Source of the DNA: Candidatus Adlerbacteria bacterium
GTDB lineage: Bacteria > Patescibacteriota > Minisyncoccia > Phycocordibacterales > SBAW01
Length of the DNA stretch: 55,863 nt
NCBI GenBank assembly: GCA_903878285.1
Contig: CAIRHB010000015.1
Span: 1 to 55,863, forward strand
Reading direction: 5' to 3'
This document shows, in pieces, positions 27,019-37,590 of this stretch. Below the pieces are notes generated by a model, which saw only the letters and a program-made list of their open reading frames with translations, ran no database searches and was not told the DNA's origin. Within the stretch, counting starts at the first letter, position 1. Every line of letters starts with the position of its first letter. A program made the translations under genes and the position numbers.

Positions 27019-28173
27019 CTACCGCATCTCTTGCACTTCTTTTTCTAGTCTGATACCAAACGCATCAGAAACTTTTTGCTGCACCTCACTTGCAAGTGTG
27101 CGCACATCTGCGCTCGATGCGCCACGAGACGCCACCAACACCAAAGGCTGATGCTCAAACAAACGCGCCCCGCCGACCGAAAAACCGCGCAACTGCAACA
27201 CCTGATCCAGCAACCACGCTAAGGGGATTTTGACACCTGCCGCCTCGGGCAGCGCGAACGTTGGCATGTGTGGATACTTCGCCACCAGTGCCGCCGCAAC
27301 CTCCTTCGACACAATCGGGTTTTTAAAAAATGATCCCGCTGTCCCTTCGATTGCAAGATCAGGAAATTTTTCTCTGCGTATCGCGAGCACTGCATCGCGA
27401 ATGTTCGCGAGCGTTGGTTCTGTTTCTTGTTCTATTGTTACTTCAACCTCTGATGTTGTTTTCTGTTCTGTTATTTTTGATTGTTGCGCAGTAGCAAATC
27501 GCAGCGCAAGATCTTTGTATACCAAGTTTGGTTGCGCAACGCGCGACAGAGCAAACGCGACACGTGTGATGATATAGCGCGATGCGCGCTGTTTAAAAAA
27601 ACTATCGCGATAACCGAACGCACACAGGCTCGCATCGAGCCGCACCAACTCGCGCTGTACGCGATCATATGCCTCGACCCAAGCGACGCTCTGCGACGCC
27701 GATGCGCCGTATGCGCCAATGTTTCCCCACGCGGCACCCCCGACTGTGCCTGGGATGCCCGACAAGTTCTCCAACCCCCACAACCCATGCTCGACCGCAT
27801 ACTGCACCAACCCGTCCCAACTCTCGCCCGCACCAACGACCACCAGTGTTTTATTTTCTTCTGTCTCTGTTTTTGCATTCGATACAGAATCTTCGCCCTT
27901 CTTGTATCTTTCTTCTTGAATCTCGATTCCTGCAATTTCTATTTTTATCACCAACCCCTCAAAACCAGAGTCTGGCACGAGTGTATTCGACCCGCCACCA
28001 AGAATATATACAGGCGCGTTCTTGTTCTGAGCACCCTGTCCTGAGCCAGGTCGAAGGAAGTCGAGAGACTCTCTCAATCCCTCAACCGTACGCACGCGCA
28101 CAAAATATCGCGCCTCCCCACCAATCCCAAAGGTCGTGAGCGATGCGAGCGGTACGTGTTCTTCAATCTGCAT
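27019..28173 (-). CDS. murB: UDP-N-acetylenolpyruvoylglucosamine reductase
   Basis: TTFGIGG, LGGGSN, IPGTVGGA..NIGAYG, FGYRDS, AGSFFKNP; carries several insertions. Confidence 0.95.
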   Translation of the reverse strand: MQIEEHVPLASLTTFGIGGEARYFVRVRTVEGLRESLDFLRPGSGQGAQNKNAPVYILGGGSNTLVPDSGFEGLVIKIEIAGIEIQEERYKKGEDSVSNAKTETEENKTLVVVGAGESWDGLVQYAVEHGLWGLENLSGIPGTVGGAAWGNIGAYGASASQSVAWVEAYDRVQRELVRLDASLCAFGYRDSFFKQRASRYIITRVAFALSRVAQPNLVYKDLALRFATAQQSKITEQKTTSEVEVTIEQETEPTLANIRDAVLAIRREKFPDLAIEGTAGSFFKNPIVSKEVAAALVAKYPHMPTFALPEAAGVKIPLAWLLDQVLQLRGFSVGGARLFEHQPLVLVASRGASSADVRTLASEVQQKVSDAFGIRLEKEVQEMR

Positions 28174-28192
28174 AATGTAAGTAAGCAAAAAC

Positions 28193-28480
28193 CTATCTCC
28201 CATCCCACGGGTGTTGCGCAGTGTTTCGAATGCGCAGTATCAAAATCGAGTCGGATAACACTTTGTAGAATATGACGAACGGATAGCGGACAAGTGGTGC
28301 GGCACGAACTCCCGCTACCCCAGCAACTTTCTGTGCACTCTCTGGAAAGCGCGACAAACGAAATATGGTATACAAAACCCGACTCTCAACCGAGCGAACT
28401 GTTATATCGCCAAACGCGCGACTATCGACAGCAATCTTTCGGAGATCTTCGACAGCCGACTGTGACCACTCGACACGCAT
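28193..28480 (-). CDS. RelE/ParE-family toxin
   Basis: VEWSQSAVEDL, L..FPES, YPFVIFY, ILILRI. Confidence 0.82.
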   Translation of the reverse strand: MRVEWSQSAVEDLRKIAVDSRAFGDITVRSVESRVLYTIFRLSRFPESAQKVAGVAGVRAAPLVRYPFVIFYKVLSDSILILRIRNTAQHPWDGR

Positions 28481-28486
28481 AGTTGC

Positions 28487-28702
28487 TTACTGACGGAACG
28501 CTTTGAATGCACTCGCAACAGCGGCAATACTCGCCACACCACTGCGCTCTGCTTCGTGTATTGCGGCAATATCTTCTGGCGTTGCATAGTACACACCCGA
28601 GCGGCGATGCTCGATTTCTGCGGCATACTCGGCCAGCTCGCGTTGGTCAGAATCCGACCAGAGCTCCGCACGAGCAACAATTTCCTTTAGTTTCTCGCTC
28701 AT
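28487..28702 (-). CDS. Putative cognate antitoxin
   Basis: Small acidic ORF immediately upstream of the toxin; TGgTATACT 6 nt before the ATG. Confidence 0.72.
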   Translation of the reverse strand: MSEKLKEIVARAELWSDSDQRELAEYAAEIEHRRSGVYYATPEDIAAIHEAERSGVASIAAVASAFKAFRQ

Positions 28703-28737
28703 ACGCCTAGTATACCATATCGCCACGTTCGAGGTGG

Positions 28738-30996
28738 CTACTTGAGCGTGCCGTTTTGGATTTGGGTGATAATCCCCTGGATCTGCCCCGCGAGAGAAGG
28801 GCTCAGCTGTGCGGCGCGCTGGAGCTCGGTAATCGCGGCAGGCTTGTTGCCCGAGGTGAAGTACGCCGACGCGAGCCCCACATGCGCCTGTGCATCAGTT
28901 GGTGTCTTTGATACGCGCAGCTGCCAGATAGCAATCACGCGAGCATACTGCTTGGTTGTAGTAAACACCTGGAGCAATCGCGCATCATCAACCGTGGTGG
29001 TGCCAAACCCTTGCTGCAAGAGTGCGTCGGCAGCAGCGTTGTCGTTGGCGTAGAACAAGCCTGCCACATAGAGAATGCGCGCGTCGGTGTAGCTGGTGTC
29101 CTCGGTAAATGCTGCTTGCAAGACAGGCAGCGCATCCTTTATATCGCCCGAGTTGAGATAGGACACGCCCTCTTCGAACATAATCTGCTGCTTCTTGGGC
29201 GAGTCGGCGAGCGCCTGCTTGAGCGCATCCTGTGCCTGTGCAGTCTGCCCCGCTGCATCGTAGAACCCGCCCATAAAGAGCTCAAGGCGCGCATCGTGCT
29301 TGCGCTGTGCAAGCAGCGTCTGCCCAGCATCCTGTGCCAAGAGGAACGCGCTCTGCTTGACGGACGGATCAACCGACGACGAGGTGAAAGCGGTGGAGGC
29401 AAACTGGAGCAGCTGCTCGGTCGCCTCCTGGCGGCCCAGCGGCGTCCCTGGCCATGCGGTTGTCCCAAGCACTGAGGCGAACTCGCTCACGTTGAGTTTT
29501 GGATCCTTCGGTGCACCTGTGATACCGCCATTACCGTTCGAGACCGGCGTCTGCGTCATCAGTGCACTCAGCAAGCCCTCGGCGCGAGCAATACCTGGCG
29601 CGTTGAGCGCCCAGCCGCCGACCACCACCACGACCGCAACAATCGGTGCGAGAACGGCAACGAGGTGATCACTGCCCTGCCGAGACAAGAACATCTTGCT
29701 TGGCAGCTTTTTACTCGATAGCCCGTGCGCGAAGGCGAGAATGGTAAAGAAATACACCGAGCTCATCAGGTCATCGAACACGAAGAGATTGTTGAATGTG
29801 TAGCCTGCGAGCAACCCCAACAGCACTGCCTGCTCGGGCACCTCCAGCGCATCGGAGCGGATAATCGCCCACGCAGCAAGCGCAAAGAACGAGATATAGA
29901 GTAGGAACGCCGGCAGCCCTGCCGCAATCAACCAATCGAGAAACTGGTTGTGTGCGCGGTCGAACCACTGCTCCTGCCCATACATCGCTGGGCTGTAGTA
30001 CTTGTTGAAGACGAAGCTAAAGTTCTCCTGCCCCCAGCCGAGCACCGGCTTATCTTTGAACCCCTCATACGCCATGTGCCAGATCTGAAAGCGCGCCATC
30101 GTCGTTGGGTCAGTCAGCGAAATCGACGCAAAGCGATTGAGCGTGTTGTTGTGCGCAACAAACGAGCTGTGGCGCACCGCAAGAAACCCTGCCACGAGTA
30201 CAACCAGCAGCGCGAGGCCGCCGATGGACACTCGGCGCAGGCTGCGCCACTCGCGCCCTGTACCACGCCAGGCAACATACACGCCTGTAATAATCAGACC
30301 GCCGAGGAGGCCGAGCAGCGCGCCGCGCGTCTCGGTATAAAAGAGTGTGACAAACTGCAGCACCAAGGCGATGCCGTAGAGCGCCTGCGCCGTGGTCGAG
30401 CGTCGCTGGCGCACCAACATAAACAGCGTAATAAAGAAGTTGAAGAGCATAAACACCGCGAGGTAGGTCGCGTTGCCAAAGGTGGTGTCGACGCGTGCGC
30501 CGCTCTGCGAGCTAATCGGCAGCTTGCCGGTCAGCTGCAGCAAACCGTAGCAACCCATCACCGCGGAGGAGAAAATCGACACTTGGAACAATCGCTCCCA
30601 CCAACCTTCGGCGGTCACGACCGCGCCAACAATCAGGAAGTAGGCGAAGAGATGCAACACCGTGAGGTAGCCCTCCATGCGCTCGAAGTTGCTCCAAAAA
30701 CTTTTGATCGGGTCAACACTACAAACAGTTGCGACCGCCACCCACGCAACAAACGCGACCACTGCCCAGAAAATGTTTGAAGTGCGCGGGCGATACGTTG
30801 GCTCGCGTACCGCCAGCAGGACATACAGCCCGAGCAGCAGCTCAATCAGGATACGAAAGACAAAATTTTTGCCCGTAATAAAAGGGAAAAACATGTTCGG
30901 CACGAACACGCTGTTGTCGGCGACAATAAACGGAACAAAAAACACCAGAGCCAAACCCGCCAACAGCACCCACCGAAGCCATTTTGTGTATTGCAT
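28738..30996 (-). CDS. O-antigen ligase (Wzy_C)-family membrane protein with C-terminal TPRs
   Basis: TFGNATYLA, TRGALLG, GWGQENF, DRAHNQFLD; TPR-like helices at the C-terminus. Confidence 0.88.
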   Translation of the reverse strand: MQYTKWLRWVLLAGLALVFFVPFIVADNSVFVPNMFFPFITGKNFVFRILIELLLGLYVLLAVREPTYRPRTSNIFWAVVAFVAWVAVATVCSVDPIKSFWSNFERMEGYLTVLHLFAYFLIVGAVVTAEGWWERLFQVSIFSSAVMGCYGLLQLTGKLPISSQSGARVDTTFGNATYLAVFMLFNFFITLFMLVRQRRSTTAQALYGIALVLQFVTLFYTETRGALLGLLGGLIITGVYVAWRGTGREWRSLRRVSIGGLALLVVLVAGFLAVRHSSFVAHNNTLNRFASISLTDPTTMARFQIWHMAYEGFKDKPVLGWGQENFSFVFNKYYSPAMYGQEQWFDRAHNQFLDWLIAAGLPAFLLYISFFALAAWAIIRSDALEVPEQAVLLGLLAGYTFNNLFVFDDLMSSVYFFTILAFAHGLSSKKLPSKMFLSRQGSDHLVAVLAPIVAVVVVVGGWALNAPGIARAEGLLSALMTQTPVSNGNGGITGAPKDPKLNVSEFASVLGTTAWPGTPLGRQEATEQLLQFASTAFTSSSVDPSVKQSAFLLAQDAGQTLLAQRKHDARLELFMGGFYDAAGQTAQAQDALKQALADSPKKQQIMFEEGVSYLNSGDIKDALPVLQAAFTEDTSYTDARILYVAGLFYANDNAAADALLQQGFGTTTVDDARLLQVFTTTKQYARVIAIWQLRVSKTPTDAQAHVGLASAYFTSGNKPAAITELQRAAQLSPSLAGQIQGIITQIQNGTLK

Positions 30997-31035
30997 AATA
31001 TTTGAAATAGTATGGTATTTTGTACGATAAGGCAA

Positions 31036-31728
31036 ATGAAATATTTCAACACCATGCATACCCTATACCAAATAGTCCGAACAAAGCTAAAATTACTGTT
31101 GCGCCGGGGAGTGAGCAAATCGTACTCGCAGTTTGGTGAAGACATGGTTGTGAAAGCCGCCCTGCGATCAGTTACGAAAGGATTTTATATCGATATCGGT
31201 GCGTTTGATCCTGTTCTCTATTCGAATACATACGCGTTTTATAAAAAAGGCTGGCATGGTTTAGTGATAGATCCGAACAGTACTCTGAAGCCGCTATACG
31301 CACTAGAACGCCCACGCGACACATTTGTACTCGCGGGCGTTGGTAAAGAAAAAGAAACGCGAGAGTACCATCGTTTTAACGACGAGTCGTATAACACATT
31401 CGATACTAACGAGGCGATGCAGTACCTCAAGACAAACAAGAATCTTAAGGAGACGCTTTGTTATCCTGTGAATATTGTGCCACTTTCTCAGATTCTAAAA
31501 GACCATCCTGTGACGAAGATAGATTTTCTAAGTATCGACGCACAAGGTATGGACTTATCAGTGCTCCAATCCCACGATTGGAACATCAAACCGACTGTTA
31601 TCGCTGTTGAGTCTGATTTTAACGCAGAATACATTACCAAGAGCGAAGTCTATATGTATCTTGCCGAAAGAGGGTATACACTTGTGGGAGTTGCGGGGCT
31701 CACATTACTCTTTAAGCTGAAACAATAG
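31036..31728 (+). CDS. FkbM-family methyltransferase
   Basis: YSQFGED, YIDIGAFDP..SNT, IDFLSID. Confidence 0.88.
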   Translation: MKYFNTMHTLYQIVRTKLKLLLRRGVSKSYSQFGEDMVVKAALRSVTKGFYIDIGAFDPVLYSNTYAFYKKGWHGLVIDPNSTLKPLYALERPRDTFVLAGVGKEKETREYHRFNDESYNTFDTNEAMQYLKTNKNLKETLCYPVNIVPLSQILKDHPVTKIDFLSIDAQGMDLSVLQSHDWNIKPTVIAVESDFNAEYITKSEVYMYLAERGYTLVGVAGLTLLFKLKQ

Positions 31729-31787
31729 GCATATGAGAGCGAGCGTAACCTAGGCAAATATGCCGACGTTCTATACTATATAGCAAT

Positions 31788-33065
31788 ATGCATTCCCTTC
31801 GGCGAGCATTCTCGCGCGCGATTCGCTGGAGCGAGCAGTACATCAAGACTGACATGCGGTATGTCGCCTCGGGTGTATGGCTGTCGTTTGTCGGGCAAAC
31901 AGCGGTCTCGTTGTCGGGCCTCGCACTGTCGCTGGTACTCAGCCGGTATCTAACGCAGAACGCATACGGCGATTATAAATATATCCTTTCGCTCGTGGGG
32001 CTCCTATCGACCATCACGCTTACAGGGTTGGGCACAGCAGTGTTCCAATCAACTGCACGCGGCTACGACGGTGCCCTGCGCGAAGGATTTTGGCTAAACC
32101 TCCGCTGGAGCGTGCTCGCAATGCTCGGGGCAGCAGTGCTTGCAATCTATTATTTTATCATCGGCAACAACATGCTCGGGATTGGTGTGCTCATTGGCGG
32201 CGCATGTTCGCCACTGCTTGTAAGTGCAAACCTATTCACCTCGTTTCTCTCTGGCAAAAAGGCATTTGGGAAGCAGACGCTCTACGTTGCCATTATTGGC
32301 ACACCAATCACCGCAGCAGTACTCGCACTCACCGCACTCTGCTTTCCTAACCCAATCGCGATGGTCGTCGCCTACTTTGCCTCCAACACACTCCTGTGTC
32401 TCGCGTTTTACTATCGCACCCGCGCACTCTACCGTCCAGACGACACCAAGACCGACCCCGAGATGCGCACCTACAGCAAGCACTTGAGCGCGATGGGCAT
32501 ACTCGGCGGCATTGCAGGGAATATTGATCAAGTATTGCTCTTTCACTATGTCGGCGCACCAGCACTCGCGGTGTACAACTTTGCCACTGGCATACTTGAT
32601 CAAACAAAAGGACCGTTAAAGATGCTCGACTCCATGACACAGGCGCGTTTTGCCAATCGCACCACATCCGACATCGCCTCCAATATGCGAACCAAAATGC
32701 TGTGGCTATTCTTCTCTAGCCTCACGGCTGCTCTGTGCTACATCATTGCTGCGCCATACATATATGAGATTCTCTTTCCAAACTATCTCGCTGCTATTCC
32801 CTACTCACGACTGTACGCGCTGTCACTACTCAGCCTTGCCGCTGCTCCTGCCAGCTCCTACTTGATCGCGAAGAAACGAGTTTCGGAGCAGTACATCACC
32901 ACGCTGGTGGGTTCGGCCATACAGATTCTCTGCATGGCTATCGGCGTTATTTGGTGGGGATTATGGGGGCTCATCATCGCGCGTATCGCCATCCGGTTAC
33001 TTGGAGGATACACCACCTATGCGCTCTATGTGATTTCCGCGAAGCACCACGTGGGTGTAGATTAA
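31788..33065 (+). CDS. Oligosaccharide flippase (Wzx-like)
   Basis: Multi-pass MOP-type membrane protein, SRYL...YGDY, ID..LL. Confidence 0.85.
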   Translation: MHSLRRAFSRAIRWSEQYIKTDMRYVASGVWLSFVGQTAVSLSGLALSLVLSRYLTQNAYGDYKYILSLVGLLSTITLTGLGTAVFQSTARGYDGALREGFWLNLRWSVLAMLGAAVLAIYYFIIGNNMLGIGVLIGGACSPLLVSANLFTSFLSGKKAFGKQTLYVAIIGTPITAAVLALTALCFPNPIAMVVAYFASNTLLCLAFYYRTRALYRPDDTKTDPEMRTYSKHLSAMGILGGIAGNIDQVLLFHYVGAPALAVYNFATGILDQTKGPLKMLDSMTQARFANRTTSDIASNMRTKMLWLFFSSLTAALCYIIAAPYIYEILFPNYLAAIPYSRLYALSLLSLAAAPASSYLIAKKRVSEQYITTLVGSAIQILCMAIGVIWWGLWGLIIARIAIRLLGGYTTYALYVISAKHHVGVD

Positions 33066-33088
33066 GGCATCTCTCAAAACACAGCGGT

Positions 33089-34018
33089 ATGACACAGCAA
33101 CGACACGCAATCCTTGGAACAATCAAACACTACCAGTGGTGGCAGCTGGAGCCGTTTCTCACCACACTCGCCGCGACCACATACCAGGGTGCTATTATCT
33201 TCTTTTACGATCATACTGACGCAGCAACACTGCGCTTCCTGCGCGAGCGTGGCGTGCACTGTGTACCATTCTCCGAGACAGATGCCGCGTATGCGAATTA
33301 CAATTTTATGTGTCTGCGTTTTTTCTTGTATCACCTCTTTCTTGAAAAACATCCCAACGTATATGATCAAATATTTCTGACCGATGTTCGTGACGTGATC
33401 TTCCAGGGCGACCCGTTTTCGTTCACAGTCCGCGGAGTGGAGTGTTTTACCGAGTGCGAAGACATACCGCTCTCGCGCCCGAGCGCCAACCGCCGCTGGG
33501 TAGAGGAGAGTTTTGGCAGCGAGGCAATCGCACACTTTGGCGACAAACCCGTTGTCTGCGCTGGCACCATCCTCGGCACCGAACCGGCATTACGCGAATA
33601 CTTGCGTGTATTCAATGATACGTTACTGGCACAGCCACAGCCGCGCGTGGTCAACGACCAAGGGCTGCACAACTACATCATCTACACCAATCGCGTGCCG
33701 AATGTAACCATCCACGGCAACACTGGGCCCGTACTCACGCTCGGGTTGGAGGATGTGGTGCTCTCTATAGATGGCACTTTCCGGAATGCCGCAGGAGATA
33801 CCCCGCTCGTTGTGCATCAGTACGACCGGCACTACGCACTCGCGAAGCGCTACTGGGGTTGGCGGCTGCGCCTCCTACATCACTGGGACACCTGGCTCGA
33901 CCCGAGGGCTGCGGCACGAGGGCTGCGGTACCGCGCTGCTGTGTATGTGCGACATGCTTTCCCTACACTATACGCTGGTATACGGCGAGTGTTTCGTGGG
34001 CGGCCTGCTGCCAACTAA
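33089..34018 (+). CDS. Putative GT-A fold glycosyltransferase
   Basis: FLTDVRDVIFQGDPF, VCAGTILG, DQGLHNY, VVHQYDR. Confidence 0.7.
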   Translation: MTQQRHAILGTIKHYQWWQLEPFLTTLAATTYQGAIIFFYDHTDAATLRFLRERGVHCVPFSETDAAYANYNFMCLRFFLYHLFLEKHPNVYDQIFLTDVRDVIFQGDPFSFTVRGVECFTECEDIPLSRPSANRRWVEESFGSEAIAHFGDKPVVCAGTILGTEPALREYLRVFNDTLLAQPQPRVVNDQGLHNYIIYTNRVPNVTIHGNTGPVLTLGLEDVVLSIDGTFRNAAGDTPLVVHQYDRHYALAKRYWGWRLRLLHHWDTWLDPRAAARGLRYRAAVYVRHAFPTLYAGIRRVFRGRPAAN

Positions 34019-35099
34019 AGCGGGCAGCCTGTGGCAACGCCTCGGCAGCAAGTCTTGAGCGCAGTGCAGCATCGCCGAGCACTCGACGCAATACTTCGGC
34101 AAGCGCAGTAACGCTGTGCGGATCAAAGACCATGCCCGCGTTTCCTGCCACCTCCGGCAGCGAACTGGAATCGGCTACCACAACAGGCGCGCCACAGGCA
34201 AGCGCCTCCAACACTGGCAGACCAAACCCTTCCAGCAGCGACGGGTACACCACGCACCATGCGCCGCTATACAACTTGCGCAACATATCGGTGTCCACAT
34301 ACCCAAGCATACTGACACGATTAGCGAGACCACTATCATTGATACTGCTCACGATTCGTTGCCGCTCGAATGCATTACGTGCTCTACCTACAATCACTAG
34401 TTGCACATCAGGAAAAGAGTTCGCTATTGCGCCGAACGCAGCTATCAGTGTGGGTATATTTTTACGCGGCTGTATCTCACCAACACACAGCACATAGCGA
34501 CCGGCACCAACAAGCGCAGCAACGGCAGCACTACCAGTGTCGGGGAAAAAGTCGGCAGACGCGCCCTCGTACACCACGGTAATCTTTGCAGGATCAACAC
34601 CGAGTCGGCGCACCACATCATCCTTGGTATACCAAGAGACAGCAATGATCGCATCAGCTGCCACGATTGCGGGCAGCTTCTGTTCGAACAAGCGCCGAGA
34701 CCCCTCCTTTATCCACATAGGATTATGCAGCGGCGCCAAGTCGTGCACGGTGACGACCGTCTTACTTGCGACAGCGGTCATGTTGAGCGGATTCGTAAAA
34801 TGCACGAGGTCGAGTCGATGCAACCGCGCTGCGATACGCACTGACGCATCGTTTATGTCGCCAAGACGCGACACGGGCAGCAGCGTACGCAACAAGTGTG
34901 TGCGAACTTCGTGCCAATTACGAGCACCCTTAAGCGATGGGAACTGCGTCCTGCCAATCTCGTGCAGATAAGAAAACAGGTAGAAACAGTCTTGGGAATC
35001 AGCACGGATAAGCTGCTCGATGAGATTCCGCGCGTACGTACTAATCCCGCCCGCACCAACCGCCTCGACTGCATCAATGCCGACTCGTAACCGACTCAT
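33963..35099 (-). CDS. GT4 glycosyltransferase
   Basis: TVHDL, RKNI, EGFGLPVLEALACG. Confidence 0.92.
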   Translation of the reverse strand: MSRLRVGIDAVEAVGAGGISTYARNLIEQLIRADSQDCFYLFSYLHEIGRTQFPSLKGARNWHEVRTHLLRTLLPVSRLGDINDASVRIAARLHRLDLVHFTNPLNMTAVASKTVVTVHDLAPLHNPMWIKEGSRRLFEQKLPAIVAADAIIAVSWYTKDDVVRRLGVDPAKITVVYEGASADFFPDTGSAAVAALVGAGRYVLCVGEIQPRKNIPTLIAAFGAIANSFPDVQLVIVGRARNAFERQRIVSSINDSGLANRVSMLGYVDTDMLRKLYSGAWCVVYPSLLEGFGLPVLEALACGAPVVVADSSSLPEVAGNAGMVFDPHSVTALAEVLRRVLGDAALRSRLAAEALPQAARFSWQQAAHETLAVYQRIV

Positions 35100-35872
35100 A
35101 TGCGCTCTGCAAGATAATTTGTTGCTCTGAGTACTTCTAGATCGTCGAAATATCCTCTGATTTCGTATAGTCCGCCTGGCAGAATGCGATAGATGCGATA
35201 CGAATCCTTGAGCAGATACCAAAAATCTTGGAAAAATGTCCGCGCATCGACGTTGGCACAACCAAATTCAAACTGGATAAAATGTATCCGTTTCTCTTTG
35301 AGCAGCGCAGCGGCACCCTGCAAACAGACGAGCTCTCCTCCCTCGGTATCTATCTTGAGAAAATCAATGTCTGTAATATGCTGCGCCTCACAAAACGCAT
35401 CAATCGTGCGCAGTTCGATTGTCTCTTGATGGCTGGTGATTTTATTCTTGAGATACTTGCGATCATAGATACTCGAGAGACCATTATTTTCTGGACTATA
35501 AAAAATAGTACTCTTCCCTGCCACATTCGAGAACCCGAAATTATATCGATGCACTGGTGCGTGCGCGATACGTTGATTTTCTTCGAGACGTCGAAATGTC
35601 TCTGGCACTGGCTCGAACGCGTACACCACTGCCGACGGCATCACGCGAAGCACCTCTTCGGTATACCCACCAACATTCGCCCCAACGTCAAACACTACCG
35701 CAGCACGGGTGCCTATCTGTGCAGCAATATATTTGAGTGCTCCGAGTTCGCCGCTCGCATGATAATCGCCATCCACACCAATACCCATACCGCGCAATAG
35801 TATGCGATCGGCGCGACGCATCGCGGCTTGTACTGGTCGCAACGCGAGCAGACGAGACATAGGATTGTCCAT
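35096..35872 (-). CDS. FkbM-family methyltransferase
   Basis: FDVGANVG, AFEP, FLKIDTEG.E. Confidence 0.9.
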   Translation of the reverse strand: MDNPMSRLLALRPVQAAMRRADRILLRGMGIGVDGDYHASGELGALKYIAAQIGTRAAVVFDVGANVGGYTEEVLRVMPSAVVYAFEPVPETFRRLEENQRIAHAPVHRYNFGFSNVAGKSTIFYSPENNGLSSIYDRKYLKNKITSHQETIELRTIDAFCEAQHITDIDFLKIDTEGGELVCLQGAAALLKEKRIHFIQFEFGCANVDARTFFQDFWYLLKDSYRIYRILPGGLYEIRGYFDDLEVLRATNYLAERI

Positions 35873-35925
35873 GGAGAAAGTGTACGCTTTTTTTTGTATC
35901 ACAGCAATGCTACACTCTACACATC

Positions 35926-36762
35926 ATGCAGACTACTGCGCCCACCATATCTTCTTGCACCATCGTGAAAAACGAGGAGCACAACATAGACGGGCTCCTC
36001 GACACACTGAGCGCGTTTGCAGACGAGATTATCATCGTTGACACTGGGTCGGAAGATACCACGGTCGAAATGATTACTCGGCGCATGCAGAGCTCGCCAG
36101 TGCCGATTATCCTATCCAGCTTTGTCGAGTCGCCCTTCCACTACGGCCGCGCTAAAAACGCAGCGGTGCGCCTTGCTACCAAAGAGTACATTGTGATGGT
36201 CGATGCCGACTTTCGCCTCGAGGGGGGGTTTGCCGATGGACTGCGTCCGTTCCTCGCAGCAGAGAAGCCAATAATCGCCAGCTATCGCATCATCGACGAG
36301 TACGTTCCCTCGTTGATACTGACTGACCATCCGTTTATCTGGAAGCGTAGCAGCGGTCTCCACTACTATGAAGACGATCGCGGGCGTGTCCATGAGAAAC
36401 TTGTTATGCATGCCGACCTGCCGCTTGCGCACTTTGCGGGAGCAATGATCCACTGCCAACGAGACAAACACTCGCTGGTGAATCCGCAACGCATACTGTT
36501 TCAACTCAAGTTGGATATCGACCGCCAACCAAAAACAGCTTCTCTCGCGTGGCATATACTGCGCGGCATACACGGCGCATGGTATAAGTTTTATCAGTAC
36601 TACATCATCAAGGGTACGCGGCATTCGGGATACGCTGGATTTAAATACGCTACAATTGTTGGACTTAACGAGTTTCTCAAGCAGTTGTTTATCGGACTCA
36701 AGGCAACGCCAGAGTCAATAAAAAAACTTGATGCGAGGTCACCAATTCATACCGCTCGGTGA
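35926..36762 (+). CDS. GT2 glycosyltransferase
   Basis: IVKNEE, VDTGSEDTT, DAD, VHE. Confidence 0.88.
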   Translation: MQTTAPTISSCTIVKNEEHNIDGLLDTLSAFADEIIIVDTGSEDTTVEMITRRMQSSPVPIILSSFVESPFHYGRAKNAAVRLATKEYIVMVDADFRLEGGFADGLRPFLAAEKPIIASYRIIDEYVPSLILTDHPFIWKRSSGLHYYEDDRGRVHEKLVMHADLPLAHFAGAMIHCQRDKHSLVNPQRILFQLKLDIDRQPKTASLAWHILRGIHGAWYKFYQYYIIKGTRHSGYAGFKYATIVGLNEFLKQLFIGLKATPESIKKLDARSPIHTAR

Positions 36763-36771
36763 CTCACTCGT

Positions 36772-37590
36772 ATGCGATCATATGCACATATGGCTCGATG
36801 GGAAAAACTGTGGATGCGCATGATGCTGTTTAAAAATTGGTATCTTTTTGTCTTCCCCGGTACACGGATACTTAGCGAGCGCCCGCGTATAGCGCGACTG
36901 CGCAACGGTACAGTGTTTCGTATGGGCGGCACCAACTCGACTACCTACCGCGTCATGGTCGACATTCTTTGGAATGACGAGTACCGGCTTGGCGCCATTC
37001 GCGATCCGCGCTGCATTGTCGACTTGGGAGCGAACGTAGGTGTGTTTGCTCTTACGGTCGCGAAACGATTCCCCAACGCTCACATCTACGCGGTCGAACC
37101 AGTACCAGAGACGTTTGCCCAACTCGTCGAAAACATCCGACTCAGTGGCGTTACCAACGTCACTCCGCTACAAAACGCGGTGGCGCATACCTACGGCACA
37201 AGAACACTCTACCTCGGAGAGTCCTCGGTCGAGCATACCTTGTTCCCTTCGCTGCTTGGAGACCATGGCAACCCGAGCCACCATATCACCGTGGAGACGC
37301 TGCCGCTTTCACATTTTGGCACATGCGATGTCCTTAAGGTCGACGTAGAAGGTGCTGAGTACGAATTATTTGAGGATACAATCCCCGACTGCGACTACCT
37401 GATGATGGATGTGCATCGAATTGAAGGGACAGCAATGAATGCATTTCTGCAGCGTTTCGAGAAGCAGTATCATATCGACCCACAACCAGAGGATATAGCC
37501 CAGGACGCAACCAACGCAGAGTTCCGCTTTACCAAAAAAGCGCCCGAACCTACTACTGACGAATCACTCCCTCGGCACGACATGCAGTAG
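36772..37590 (+). CDS. FkbM-family methyltransferase
   Basis: VDLGANVG, AVEP, LKVDVEGAE. Confidence 0.88.
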   Translation: MRSYAHMARWEKLWMRMMLFKNWYLFVFPGTRILSERPRIARLRNGTVFRMGGTNSTTYRVMVDILWNDEYRLGAIRDPRCIVDLGANVGVFALTVAKRFPNAHIYAVEPVPETFAQLVENIRLSGVTNVTPLQNAVAHTYGTRTLYLGESSVEHTLFPSLLGDHGNPSHHITVETLPLSHFGTCDVLKVDVEGAEYELFEDTIPDCDYLMMDVHRIEGTAMNAFLQRFEKQYHIDPQPEDIAQDATNAEFRFTKKAPEPTTDESLPRHDMQ

